Assembly: GCF_009914755.1 (NCBI RefSeq)
Contig: NC_060929.1
Strand: one strand, 5' to 3'
DNA: 64,000 bases
Source of the DNA: the human T2T-CHM13v2.0 reference genome, Homo sapiens
Shown here: piece by piece, positions 40,752 to 52,904 of the stretch
How positions within the stretch are numbered: position 1 is the first letter of the stretch
How the letters are laid out: each line of letters opens with the position of its first letter
The notes under the pieces: model-generated
What the model saw: the letters and a program-made list of their open reading frames with translations, nothing else
Databases searched by the model: none
Told to the model about the DNA's origin: nothing
Made by a program: the position numbers and the translations under genes

Positions 40752-41900
40752 CTGATGGCAATTTAAGAAACAATAGACTCAACTCGCGCTGCCGGCTTTG
40801 CTACTTCAAGTGTCATTTTCCACAACCAGGCAAGTTTTTTCCTCTCTCTCTCTTTTTTTTTCCTCCTTCTCTCCCAACCAAAGATGTTTCTTTCCTTTGC
40901 GTGTAGATGAGGAGGACGCTGGTTGCCGTAGACAGATACACCAGAGAGGGTGGGGGGAAGGGGAGAGAGGGAGAGAGGAAAGGGGGGGAGGGAAAGAGAG
41001 ATAGAGAGGAGAGGGAGAAAGAGAGAGGGGTGGACCCTGCTGGATGGAGATTCTGTTTTCTCCTTGCTAAAATAGAAGTGATTTGCAGGCTTTCCCTATG
41101 GAATCCAGTTTGACTTTCCCCAGAGCTAAACACAGGCACACTAACCCCAAAGGGAGGAGGCGGGGCCCGCGCATCGAGGCCCCGCCCCTTCATTTGCATA
41201 ACGTCATCTTTCCGCCCACCGCAGCCAATCGCGGCCCGGGAGCCGGCTCGCTGGCGGCGCCAGGCCACGCTCTCTCATTAACATCCCGCTCCCGGTGGCG
41301 CAGGGGAGCCGGCCAAAGTTCCTCGCAAAGTGGCGAGCGAAGGAGCGCTGAGCACTGACGTCTGGGCTGGGGAGGAGCGGGTCCGAGCGAGGACGGAGAG
41401 GGGACAGAGGGAAAGGGAGGCGGGTGTCTTCCTCAGGAATTTGAGCTGGGGATCTGCATCCTGGCCATTGCAGTCCTTTAGCATCCTCGCCGCGCCCTGA
41501 GCGCGCTGGAGGCTCGCAGGCTGCGCCCTCCCAGGGCTGATGCCGCGTCCTGCTCCGCCGTTCTGGGACGTCGGGGACAAAAGTGGAGGAGACGGGAGAG
41601 CCCGGGCAGAAAAAGCAGGACGCGCGTCCCAGGTGCCCACCTCTTCGCTTTGAGGCGGGGGCGGTGGGATGGAATATGGGTGCGCGAGGTCGGGGCTGGT
41701 AACTCTCGGAGGGGCACGGCCTCCACGCTGGGAGGGATGAATGGACGCTGGGCCCCGGCAAATGAGGCGCTGTGGGTCCCCAGGAAGTGGGGTACCAGGC
41801 TCTACTCCCACCCCGGCCTCTGAAACGCTTCTCTCTCGGCCGCTAGCCTAGAGGCTGCCAGGGTTGGGCACTGTTCTCACTCACACGCTCACCTCTCTCG
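40713..41900. promoter_or_regulatory. EBF1 proximal / bidirectional CpG-island promoter
   Basis: CpG-rich 41150-41900; GC boxes 41159-41166, 41179-41188 and 41211-41217; octamer ATTTGCAT 41192-41199; CRE half-site ACGTCA 41201-41206; CCAAT 41225-41229; no TATA box seen. Confidence 0.8.
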
Positions 41901-42177
41901 GGCAGTCCTCGAGATATGTGAATGGTGGAATGAATGCTCTCACTGGGGCTGTGTCAGGATGCGTTTTTAAATTTTCTCAAATTAAATGCCAACCCCTCAT
42001 TCCCCACCCCAAGTAGTTGGTTCGTTTGTTTTTAGAGTAACTACCAAAGCAACAGCAATGTTAACCGTCCTTGATTAGCTGGTTATTTGGTGTAGGGTTT
42101 TTCTCATCCTCCTTTATTCTTCCTGTTAAAAAGGAGGGCTTGAACAAATCCTTCCTAACTCTGTCTCTGCCATATGA

Positions 42178-42340
42178 AAAGGGTGGGGGGAGAAGAGAAG
42201 GAAGGTGGGGAGAAAGGACAAAAAAGGAAGAAGGGGAAGAGAAAATGGGAAGGAAGGAGGGAGAGAGAAAGGAGAGAAGGAGAAGGAACGAATGGAAATG
42301 GGAGAGATGGAAGGAAAAAGGGAAAGAAAAAAGGACGAAA
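42178..42340. repeat. Polypurine (GA-rich) tract
   Basis: Direct reading. Confidence 0.9.
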
Positions 42341-44242
42341 TTGTCTCCCTCCTCAGGCTTTTCAGCATGTATCTTTGTGGCTGGCAAAGGAAATAGCTAG
42401 AAGTTTCTGGGTAATGTGCCCCATCATTTTTTAGCAGGTTGTAACCTCTAATAAGCACATGGTGAACTTCTGTTTCATTGCCCTCAAAGGAACTCCCTGA
42501 CTGCAGCCAAATCTGCTAAGGACTCCTTCGGGGAAATTATCTGCCAGAAATCCAGGTCCCCTTTCTGCTGGCCTTCCTTGGTCCTTTGATTTAGGAAGCT
42601 CATGGGGTCAGTGATGGAAAAGTACACATGCCCATGTTGAATAGAGACAGGCAAGAGTTATGCTTTGTGCTCTTGGCAGAGCAGTGGAGCCACTTCCTGA
42701 TTCCTAAACTGGATGAAAGAGTGTGGTCCTGGCCTGCAGTGCATGGCCACTGTCCTCAAACACTGCTTTATCTCCTGTGCACGAGGCCTGCCCAGCTCTC
42801 ACACATGTAATCTAGACTTCTTGTGTGCTGAGCACTTTCCCCTGGTACCATAATTAATGCCATCTCTTCCAGGACTTCCCTGAAGGGATTGGTCTGATCT
42901 TTTGGGATCCCCATAGCATTTACAGGGGTTCCTAACATAGCGTTCATGTCGAAGAAGAGTATAATGGTGGAGAGACTTGAAGGGCTGTAGGTTTTTGGGG
43001 ATAGGTATGTGAACATTTTCAGTCTCTATAGTATTTAAATGCACAATTGAAACTTGGCCTGCTAAAAACTTTCTAAAGCTCCAAACTTAACCTTATGCTC
43101 CAGGTCCAAAGGGGTCCCCAGAGTCAATCCCTCCCCCTGCCTGGGCCATATTCTCCAGCTCAGAGAGGATCCTTGAAGGTAAGGAGATGAGGAAGCAAAG
43201 CCCACCCATCCTATCAATGGGTCCCATATAGCCCTGGCAAAAGGCCTAGGCCTCCTTCTCTTTATCTGCCTGAACCTGCATTTTACTCTCCAGTAAACAG
43301 TCCTCAACTGCAGGACTCCCAGCTGAGTCTGGTGGGGTGTCTCCAGTGGTGAGGGACACAAAATAAGGGAGCAGATCACTGCCAAAGGAAGGTGACAAAA
43401 GTGCCAGGGAAAAGAAAAGCATAGACACCCTCAAGTCCAGGATCAGCAAGAGACACACAGCAGATAGATTTCTGGGGTTGAACAGAATCTAGAAGCATCT
43501 GCAAAGGATGCGTTTGTTGAGAGCCTGAAGCTGACTCACCCAAATGAGAAAGTGGCACAAAGCAAGAAGTCCTGAGCAGCTCAATTTCTACCCCAGAGCC
43601 AGTCTCTCCAGGAACTAAATATGAGGGAGGCAATTTCCATACCTGCCAGGCTAGAGAAGGAAGAAAAATAAAAGGGGGCAGAAATATTTTGATAAGACTA
43701 ATTTCCTTTGGCTGTGCAGAGGCAGCACATACCTCACCTGGGGTGGTGAGTGTGCTTTATTTTAATCAAGCCGAGTGTATTCATAGCTTTTCTTCTTGGT
43801 GTCCTTGTGCTTTCAGTCTGGCTTTCTCATCCTGTAATAAATGTTTAAGTAGGAAGGAGGCTAAAGAGAAGGTGGAAGAGAGACAGAGTGAGTGACAGAA
43901 AACTGGAAATGACACACAGGCCAGCAGAGCAGTAGTTTTTTTATGGATTTTCTCTGGTGAATATTGAACCAGCAATTGTAATTTTAAACTTTGAAAAAGA
44001 GCCTCTTAAATACTTCTAAATCTTCATGTGAGGGTAGCACTACCTCCAGAGACAAAGCATGTGTGTAGAGGGTGATTGCCATCATACCTGAAAGCAGATA
44101 CTTCAAGCACTATCCATCACAATTACCTTAGGTATATACTTTATGGTAAAGGTATCCTGTAATGAGATATTCTAGTATGTACAGCATTGCCTAGGCTTTA
44201 TGGCATATGAGTGATTTGACTTTAGGGTAGTTTATAATAGTA

Positions 44243-44380
44243 ATCCCCAAACTGGGTTCATCAGGCTAATCACATGGGGAAGGGTGCAGGCACTTGTTAG
44301 AAATGCAGATTTCCAGGCCTTATCCTGACCCACAGAATCAGAACCTCCTGTGTTGGTGCCTGGGATCTGTATTTAAAGTT
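44243..44380. mobile_element. MER5A-like hAT MITE fragment
   Basis: cttgttagaaatgcagatt...cagaatcagaa...tctgtatttaa. Confidence 0.7.
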
Positions 44381-44828
44381 ATTTGGAAACTCTTGATTTT
44401 TGAATATATATCATCTCTGAGAGAAAGAAGGAAGGGAAGGAAGGCGTGAGGAAAAAAGACTTTTGCATGGGGAAAAAATACAGCAGAATGAGTTTACACC
44501 TGGAAAGAAAAACTAGAGAGGTTTGGGGTTTCCCCTGGAGCCTAGTTTCCCTGATGAGCTCCTCAAAATTTCTGCAGCTGTGGGAGTTCAGGATACACAG
44601 CCCCTCAGATGCTCCCAGCGGTAGGCAGGGCTGTCCAGCTCTCGGGATCTCTTGACCTGGGCCTGGAGGAAGCCCAGGGCAGTGTGCAAGCACTCCCTAC
44701 CCACCCACTCCCACCCTGACCTTCTGCTCCTTGGCTATCCCAACCCTCTTGAGGCACAGGGAAATCAATTCCCCTTTCTGAAAGGCAACATCTACCAGTA
44801 ATTTCTGGGGACTCCAGTAGAAACATAC

Positions 44829-46300
44829 CGGTCTCCCCAAAGAGAAGAGACTAGATAAATACAGCCAAACTAAGACCCGTGGAAAGGTCCCAGCGGAAGA
44901 GGGAATCGTCTCTGTTCGTCCGCCCCCAGGAGGCCAGACTTGGGACCTGTCACTTGGAAAATTCTCTTGATCTCCATTCCCCTTGTGAGGGCGGGCCCAC
45001 AGAAGGGCAAACCGTCCCGGGACGTGCCCCCTTCCCTCGCCACCTGCCAGGGACAGCTTCGAACGAGGCGGGAGGACAGATGCCTACTTCAGTGTTGGGA
45101 AGGGAAAGGGGAAAAGAAAGATGCAAGGACCTAAGCCAAGGCGCAAAGTCCCTCAGATTGCGGCCGCTCCAGAGGAGTCGACCAGCAGCCTGGAGTCGGG
45201 GTTGAGGTGGAGAGGAGCAGGGGCCACGGCGTTGCCCGGTGGACGAGAATAGGAGTGGGTGGCGGCCCGGGGACCTGGGAAAGCCGGGACCTGCGCGAAG
45301 GCTCGGCTCTGCGGGGCCCCTGAACTGCACCCGGAAGATGGCGCGAGTGGCCGAACACCGTGACACACCGCCAGCCCTCAAAACGTGGCTCTTTTCCTCG
45401 GTGATCTCCATGCGCAGTCCTCGGGGAACGCGTGGGAGTAGCAGGCCAGGGGTCCACTGGAAATCCAGAATCTGATTTCTGTTTCCGATTCCCTGCGCTC
45501 CAGAGAAGGCCTCCTCTGCTGGCCCAGTATGACCGACACTTCCCGGCTCTGGGAGCGCACTTCCACCTCCCACCCCCCATGGTACATACAGGGAAACTGA
45601 GGCCTAGAGAAGGACAAAGACACCCACAGACGGCTAGGAGATAGAGACCAAGCAAACAACACCGCGGGGCTCCGTCCCAGGTTGGGAGCGCTTAGTCTGA
45701 TACGGCCAGAAGCCTGGGGCAAGGGGTTCCTACAGGTCTTTCTGGGGCGAGCCTGCCAACTCTCTTGGGTTTCCCCCCGGGCGGCCCCAGATAATAATAG
45801 ATCCCATTTGTTGAAGGCTTTACGGGCAGGAACTCACTGAATATCCGCCACAGACCACGGCAGATAAGACCACTCCGGCGTTTTACAGGTGAGCAAACAG
45901 AGACCCTGTGAGCGAAGTTGAAAAACTTGTCCACGGCCAACAGCTAATAAAGTCGCCAAGCCAGAATATCGCTAAAGCCTGTCCCCTTAAATATAGAGCC
46001 AAACCGTCCACCCAGCTGTGGCGCGAATCTCTTGTCCCCCAACTCTCAAGTGTCCTTTGGCTCTGGAGCTCCTGGGCCCGGGTTCCGCATCCGGGAGGAG
46101 AAAGGAGCGAGCGCGCACGGTGCCTCCCGAGGGCAGGGAGCAGAGGAGAGGAAAGGGGAAGACTATGAAACGTCCTAACTAATGCGCGTACTGAATGCGC
46201 ATTCACGTGGTCAGTTACCGATGTGCTTCTCTCTCTCCTGGCCCGCAGGGACAGAGCGCGCCAGGGACGTGCCAGCCCCGGCCCCGGCTCTGCCACATTT
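44829..46300. promoter_or_regulatory. Upstream CpG-rich region, candidate EBF1 distal (alpha) promoter
   Basis: CpG-rich; about 4-5 kb upstream of exon 1, where mouse Ebf1 has its distal promoter; E-boxes CACCTG 45041-45046 and CAGATG 45077-45082; minus-strand donor CCG|GTATGT at 44828. Confidence 0.5.
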
Positions 46301-46974
46301 ACTATGTGACCTCCTGTCAGTCATTCTCTCTCCCAGTCCTAGATGAGATCTTAGAGCTCACGCAAGCTTGCCTGTTGGAACAGACTAAGTATCTGACTTT
46401 GCGGGGATGTTCCTGATGCCCATCGAAGGACAGAAATCTGGACACTTGCGGATGTGCTTTAATGGGGGAGATGCTGATTCTGCCCTGGCGTGACCATAGA
46501 TAGCTAGAAGCTGAAGTCATTCTGAGTCGGGAGAATACAGTTGGGGGCACTGCCGGAAAGGATCTTTAAGTCCGAGGATGCCCTAGGGCGTGATCATATC
46601 CCACCCGGTGGCCCTTGCCCACAGTCCCCTAGTCCACGAGATTGGAATCCGATCTGGGAAGGTCCCTGCTCCCTTGGTAGAAGGAGGCTCTGGGATGGGA
46701 GAAGGGAGCTTCTTAGCGATTTGAAAATTAGCATCCCTTCAGTAGCGCAAACCTTATGGAAGAAACCTTGGCCTTAAAACATTCTCAGAGGGGAGACTGG
46801 GAGGAACAGGCCTGTTTATTCAGGGGAAAGTTGGAGAAGGGAGGGCGAGTTTAGCAGAAAAGCTCGAGATGCCTGGATAACAAAAAGTTTGCGCTCATAC
46901 TTCCTTCGAGGGACAATTTGCTGAATATTTACACACCTTTGCGTGCTGCGAGGTCTTTGTTGGCTACTGGGATG

Positions 46975-47285
46975 CGAGATGTGTATGATGTGAATGTGCA
47001 AATATGTTTGCATGTGCGAAAAGTGGCTGCACATTTGTGGGCCGGTGCAGTAAGTGTGTGTTTGTGCCGGTGACAGAGAGCACTTGGCTGAATGTGTGCG
47101 TGGGTGCGTAAGGCATTGGTGCACACGGGCGTGAGTGCGCATGTGTATAGTGTGTGCACGTGTCATGTGTAGTGTCTAAGTGAGTGGGGTGTGCATTTGC
47201 AAAAGTCCGTGTGTATTGTGCAAGAGCATCGTAAACGTGTGTGAGCCTGAACTCACACGTGGTTTTGTGTGCACGTGTGCGTATG
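46975..47285. repeat. Degenerate TG-rich tract followed by poly-A (47296-47322)
   Basis: Direct reading. Confidence 0.7.
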
Positions 47286-47290
47286 AAATT

Positions 47291-47325
<35 letters not shown>

Positions 47326-47339
47326 AAAAAAATCTAGGT

Positions 47340-47830
47340 CTAGGCAGGGTGCGGACCGAGGGCCCAAGGGCAGGCGTGCAGACCGCTACGACTTTGGCTT
47401 TAGGGAGACGCCTTCGGGGCGCAGGGCCCGCCCGAAGACGCGGGTTAGCATACAGCTCAGCTCCAGGCAGGCGATGCGGGTTCCCAATGCGGGCCTACAG
47501 ATTACGCGGACTGAGCTGGGAACGGTCCCTGCTGGACAGTTCCGTGCTCTTAATCCTTCCTCGCCTACGGTCTCTGATTATTGATGCTTGCCGTGTGTCC
47601 TAAAAGGGACCGCTTCCGGTTTATTTGCTTATGTATTTATTATCTTTATCAACGTTATTTTTTGGCAGCTGCCGTGAAGATGCCAAACCCACCAAGACTG
47701 CGCTGCCCCACCTCTCCGAGGCTGTCCTGGGAGTGCGGGTGACCCGCGAGCTCCAGAATCTTTCCTTAAGGTGGAGCCACAGCGCCACCTCGCGATCCTC
47801 CAGCTTCCCTCCCTCATGGCCACGGAAGGC
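47340..47830. promoter_or_regulatory. Small CpG-rich patch
   Basis: Many CpGs in non-repeat sequence. Confidence 0.5.
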
Positions 47831-47999
47831 TGGCCCTTTCTGGTCCAAGCCCCCAGGGTCCCACACTTACTGGTTTTCCATGCACTTTCATTATTTCCCT
47901 TTCTCTCTCTTCAATGTTCCCTTATCCTGAGTATTGAGGTCCCCAAACACGCCTTTCTACCCCACGTTTGGACATAGCCGGAATGTCTACCTCCTTCTC

Positions 48000-48450
48000 C
48001 ATCCGGTGAAGCACTGCTCCCCCTAAAATCACCAGCTCAAAAGTCACCTCTATGAAACCTTTTTAGACTTTTCCAAGGCAGTCATTCGTGCCTTTCCCTG
48101 GTTTCCCTACTGCTCGCATCACATTGGACAGGAAATGCTATTTAAACGTTTTTCTCCTCTCCCTAATCAGGGAGCTCCTCTGAGAGGAGCCATGGCTGTC
48201 CTTGCTTATTCAACAATAAAACCTAGTATATATCAAGTGCATACTATGGAGCGTTTAATGCACTGTACTGTGCAAAAACATATTGTCTTATTTCATTTTC
48301 CCAGCAAAATCATGAGGAAAGCACGAATATTGTTTCCCATTTTGCAGATGAAGAAACTGAGGTTAGAGAAAATAAGTACCCATCCAAGGTAGCATTGCAG
48401 AGCCTCATCCAAGTCAGCCTGTCGGATGCCAGAGCCAACTTTTCTTAACC
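48000..48450. mobile_element. L2 fragment followed by MIR
   Basis: cagctcaaaagtcacctc (L2); cccattttgcagatgaagaaactgagg (MIR core). Confidence 0.65.
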
Positions 48451-49087
48451 TCTGACTTGCAGACTTATTCAGCTGTATATCCGTGGGCTTTGTGATAGGA
48501 AAAGACACAGAATGAGTACTTGTGTGTTTATGAATAAATGTATCTTTTAAATTATTTCTTCTCCTAGAGAGTTGGGTGTGGGAAGGCACTGCAATTATCA
48601 GATACTTTGATTGAAATGTCACCACAATTATTTATCTCTAAAGAGTATTCCTCTGCTAAGTAGCTAGGAGACCTTGGTCAAGTCACTTCATCCTCAGTTT
48701 CCTAAGTTCTAAAAGTAGGTTTTCTGTGGAGGATTAAATGAGAAAAAAAAATGTGAATTACATGATATATAGCATTCTAGTCATTGCTCAGTAATTATAA
48801 TAACTCGAAACTACTGAAACACACACAAAAAAAACAAAACACAAAATTGACTTACCCTAGTCACACAGAATTCCCTGTACCTCTGTATGAAATCATCTTA
48901 CTGTTATATCTTCATTTTCATCTTAGACATGAATTATATAATAAATATTTTTAGTTTATGGTGGTTAGGGTGTTAATGTTAACCCTGCTCTGTTACAAAT
49001 ATTTAAGGGGTAGTGGGAGAGATATAATCAAACAGTAAACCAGCAAACTTTGCCTCTTGTAATTTCCTCCTGCTTTGTAGATCTTTA

Positions 49088-49474
<387 letters not shown>

Positions 49475-49529
49475 TTAATTTAGGGGAGATTCTGAGCTAG
49501 TTTAAGTGTTTCCCTACTTGAAAACATCA

Positions 49530-49680
49530 TTGCTACCAATACATTAAAAGTTTAAAAATATGTGTCTAAGCAAATGATTGTATCCAAATAAAAGAAAACT
49601 CAAATAAAATAATGTATTACTACTAATATATTAAAAGTTTAAAAATACATGTCTAAGCAAATGATTGTATCCAAATAAAA
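49530..49680. repeat. Local tandem duplication, 87-bp period
   Basis: ATTAAAAGTTTAAAAATAnnTGTCTAAGCAAATGATTGTATCCAAATAAAA at 49543 and 49630. Confidence 0.92.
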
Positions 49681-50217
49681 TAAACAAATGAAGGTTGTCT
49701 GAACATATTCTAGACCTTAAGACATTTCCCAAAAAGGTTAAGTTTTAAAGATTTAACATCTCTTTCTAGAGTGACCCATTAAACAAACATTCCTATTGTC
49801 AATTAGGTGAAAATGAACTTTTTCCCCTGTTACGGCTATAACTTTCCTACTGTCCAATTATTTTGGAAAGACTGTTGACTAGTATTGTCATGTCATAAAC
49901 ACATGATTTCTCCTCTGAGAAATGAGGCTAATAAAATCCACAAAAGGTATAAACGTGCCTCCACATTTTGCTGGCCCACAGTCCATTTCTAGAAACTTCA
50001 CTCCAGCCCCAGTTTAATTTACTTTATTGTACTTGCTTCCCATTCTATGCAATTCTCTTGTATAGAGATGAAGAAATGGATTCAGGAAACTCTATAATGT
50101 GTTAAGATATTTTATTGTACAGCTGATGGATATTTGGGAATTTGATTCATATTGATGGTGTGAGACACTGGCGTTTTGACAAAGTTGGGGTGTGTTCTGT
50201 TTTCCTTTTTTATTCCT

Positions 50218-50616
50218 ATTATGGTGGCCATTAGAGATGTTCACCAAAATTTTGGGTTTTCTTCTTCCAGGTGCATAGAAGGATGGAAGTATTCTGACCC
50301 TTCTGCATTTAGCTGTGATCTTGTGATTTGCCCTGGCAAATAATGAATTAGCAGAAGTGACATGTGTCACTTACAGGGGCAGAAGCATGAAGAGCCATAG
50401 TGCAATTTACCAAATCCCCTTCCCGGTGGCACAGCTGTTGCTGCCCCCACCAGATGGAGTTTCCATCAGCATCCCACCCCTGGCACAGACGTGTGGAGTG
50501 GAGACATCTCCTACACCCATAGACATTTAGCAAGAATGAGAAATAATCCTTTGTTACTGTAAATCCCAGAGATTTTTCTGTACTGCAGTATAACCTAGCC
50601 TCTCTGGAAGAATACA
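50218..50616 (+). mobile_element. Old MLT1 (ERVL-MaLR) solo LTR
   Basis: agcagaagtgacatgtgtcactt...gagaaataa...tgttactgcagtataacctagcc...aataca. Confidence 0.75.
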
Positions 50617-50889
50617 CTTAGAAAGGAAACTCATCTTTTCTTTTCTTTTGGGGGGCAATTTGAAAATTCTTCTCCTAGAGTGAAAAGTAGACTGCCATGT
50701 CTAATTAAATAAAATAATCAGAAAATGAAATCATTCAACTAGAAATCTGAATCTCATTTTCTTAGTCTATTCATACATTTCCCCAGGGTCAAAACATCTG
50801 GAACCCTCTGAAATAAGGAGAATAACTAAATTTTACAAATACTTAAAAGGAATCTCAAAATTATTGCTAGACCTCGACAAGAATATTCA

Positions 50890-51278
<389 letters not shown>

Positions 51279-51448
51279 GGCTTTATTAGCAACTGTATGC
51301 AGACATAAAGTAACTTTTCTCTCTGCCTCATGTTCAATTCTATATCAGATTGGCAAAAAGGAAAAATATTTGACTAATCAACTTGAATTTAATAACGTGA
51401 TCTAGGGCAAGTCATTTAAATTTTCCAGACCTTCTTGTCCTCATGTGG

Positions 51449-51859
51449 TGTGATGGACTCAATGTTTCTGCCTTGCCCCGCTCCTCTGCCCTGCCAAATT
51501 CATATATTGAAACCCAAATGCACAATGTGATGGTATTACTTCCCACAGATAACTAGGAGGTAATTAGGTTAAGATGAGCCATGAGGGTGGGATTAGTGTC
51601 CTTAAAAGAAGAGGTAGAGACTAAAGCTAGCAAGCACTCTCCATCTGTCTCTCTCCCTCTCTGTCTCTCCCTGTCATACGAGGACACAACAAGAAGGTAG
51701 CTTTCTGCAAGGCAGGAAGAGAACCCTCACCAGAACCTCATCATGTTGGCATCCTGATCTCACACTTCCCAACTTCCAGAATGGTGAGAAATAAATGTTA
51801 GTTGCTTAAGCCACCTAGTTTGTGGTATTTTGTTATAGCTGTCTGAGCTGACTAAGACA
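51449..51859 (+). mobile_element. MLT1A/MST-type MaLR solo LTR
   Basis: TG...ccaaattcatatattgaaa...gagaaataaatg...tgtggtattttgttatagc...gactaagaCA. Confidence 0.85.
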
Positions 51860-52904
51860 ACTAGAAAATAAGAGTAGACAACATGAACTTCAGGGTACCA
51901 CTCAGTTCTACTAAGCTAGAATTTTGAGGTATCTGGGTGATAGCAGTTTCAGAGTTGATGCTACAGTATAAAAATCTTCCTGTGTCTCCATCCCCAACAC
52001 TATTTTGTGAATCTTTTTTCATTTTTTTATACTGATCTCAACTTAAAACAACTGCTTCTTAGGCAAAATAATACTTCTTTCCTTAAGCCTCAAATCTTTT
52101 AAACGTGGGAATCTGCTAGAAAAGTGTGCTGTATAGATTTGGGGCCATGTAAAATGCTTTGTCATTTTCTAGCCAAGAGGAGAAATTTGCTTCTATATTG
52201 AAGAGCTATTCTCTATAGGTTTCATTATCTGATAACCTAAAGAGTTTTTCTGTGGATTTTCAGGAAACTTTTGTGAGAAAATATTGACTGTGCGATGAGT
52301 GCTATAGGGTGAAATCATTACTGTCTATTCTTTATCCTTGGTGTGGCATGATTGACTGCCAAGAATAATATTGTTATAATATTTTCATTTGGATAATAAT
52401 TTAAATTTGACAAAGAAGTTTCACATGAGTTACTGCCTTGACTTCTCGTAACACACCATGCAACTGACATTTCTGCCCCACTTCACAGAGGAGGAACAGG
52501 TTTAGATCCGCCCATACTGTATGGTTAAGAAGCACCAGATTTGGGGTGTAACTCAAAAGCCACAGCTGCCTATGAAATTTAGAAAGCTGTCTGAAGCTTT
52601 AGTAGGAAATAGAAAGTGTCGGAACAATGCTATGGAGCACTTTTTTATAAAAAGATGCAGGATGCTTTCTGTTGCAGACATGATCGCTGGTAACAGATGC
52701 CTGGTTCACTCTCATCCTGGCCATACCTGAGGACTATGCTCCTCTTCTAGAAGTTCGGTGCAGTCATCTGACTTAATTGATTCAGCGCATTTATCTGCAG
52801 GTGAGAGAACCCCCAGAGCACTCGTTCTCCTCAACCAGAAATATTACTGAGGGCAGATCCATCAGTTTGGGTCCTGCTATGATGATCAGTTTGGGTCCTG
52901 ATAT

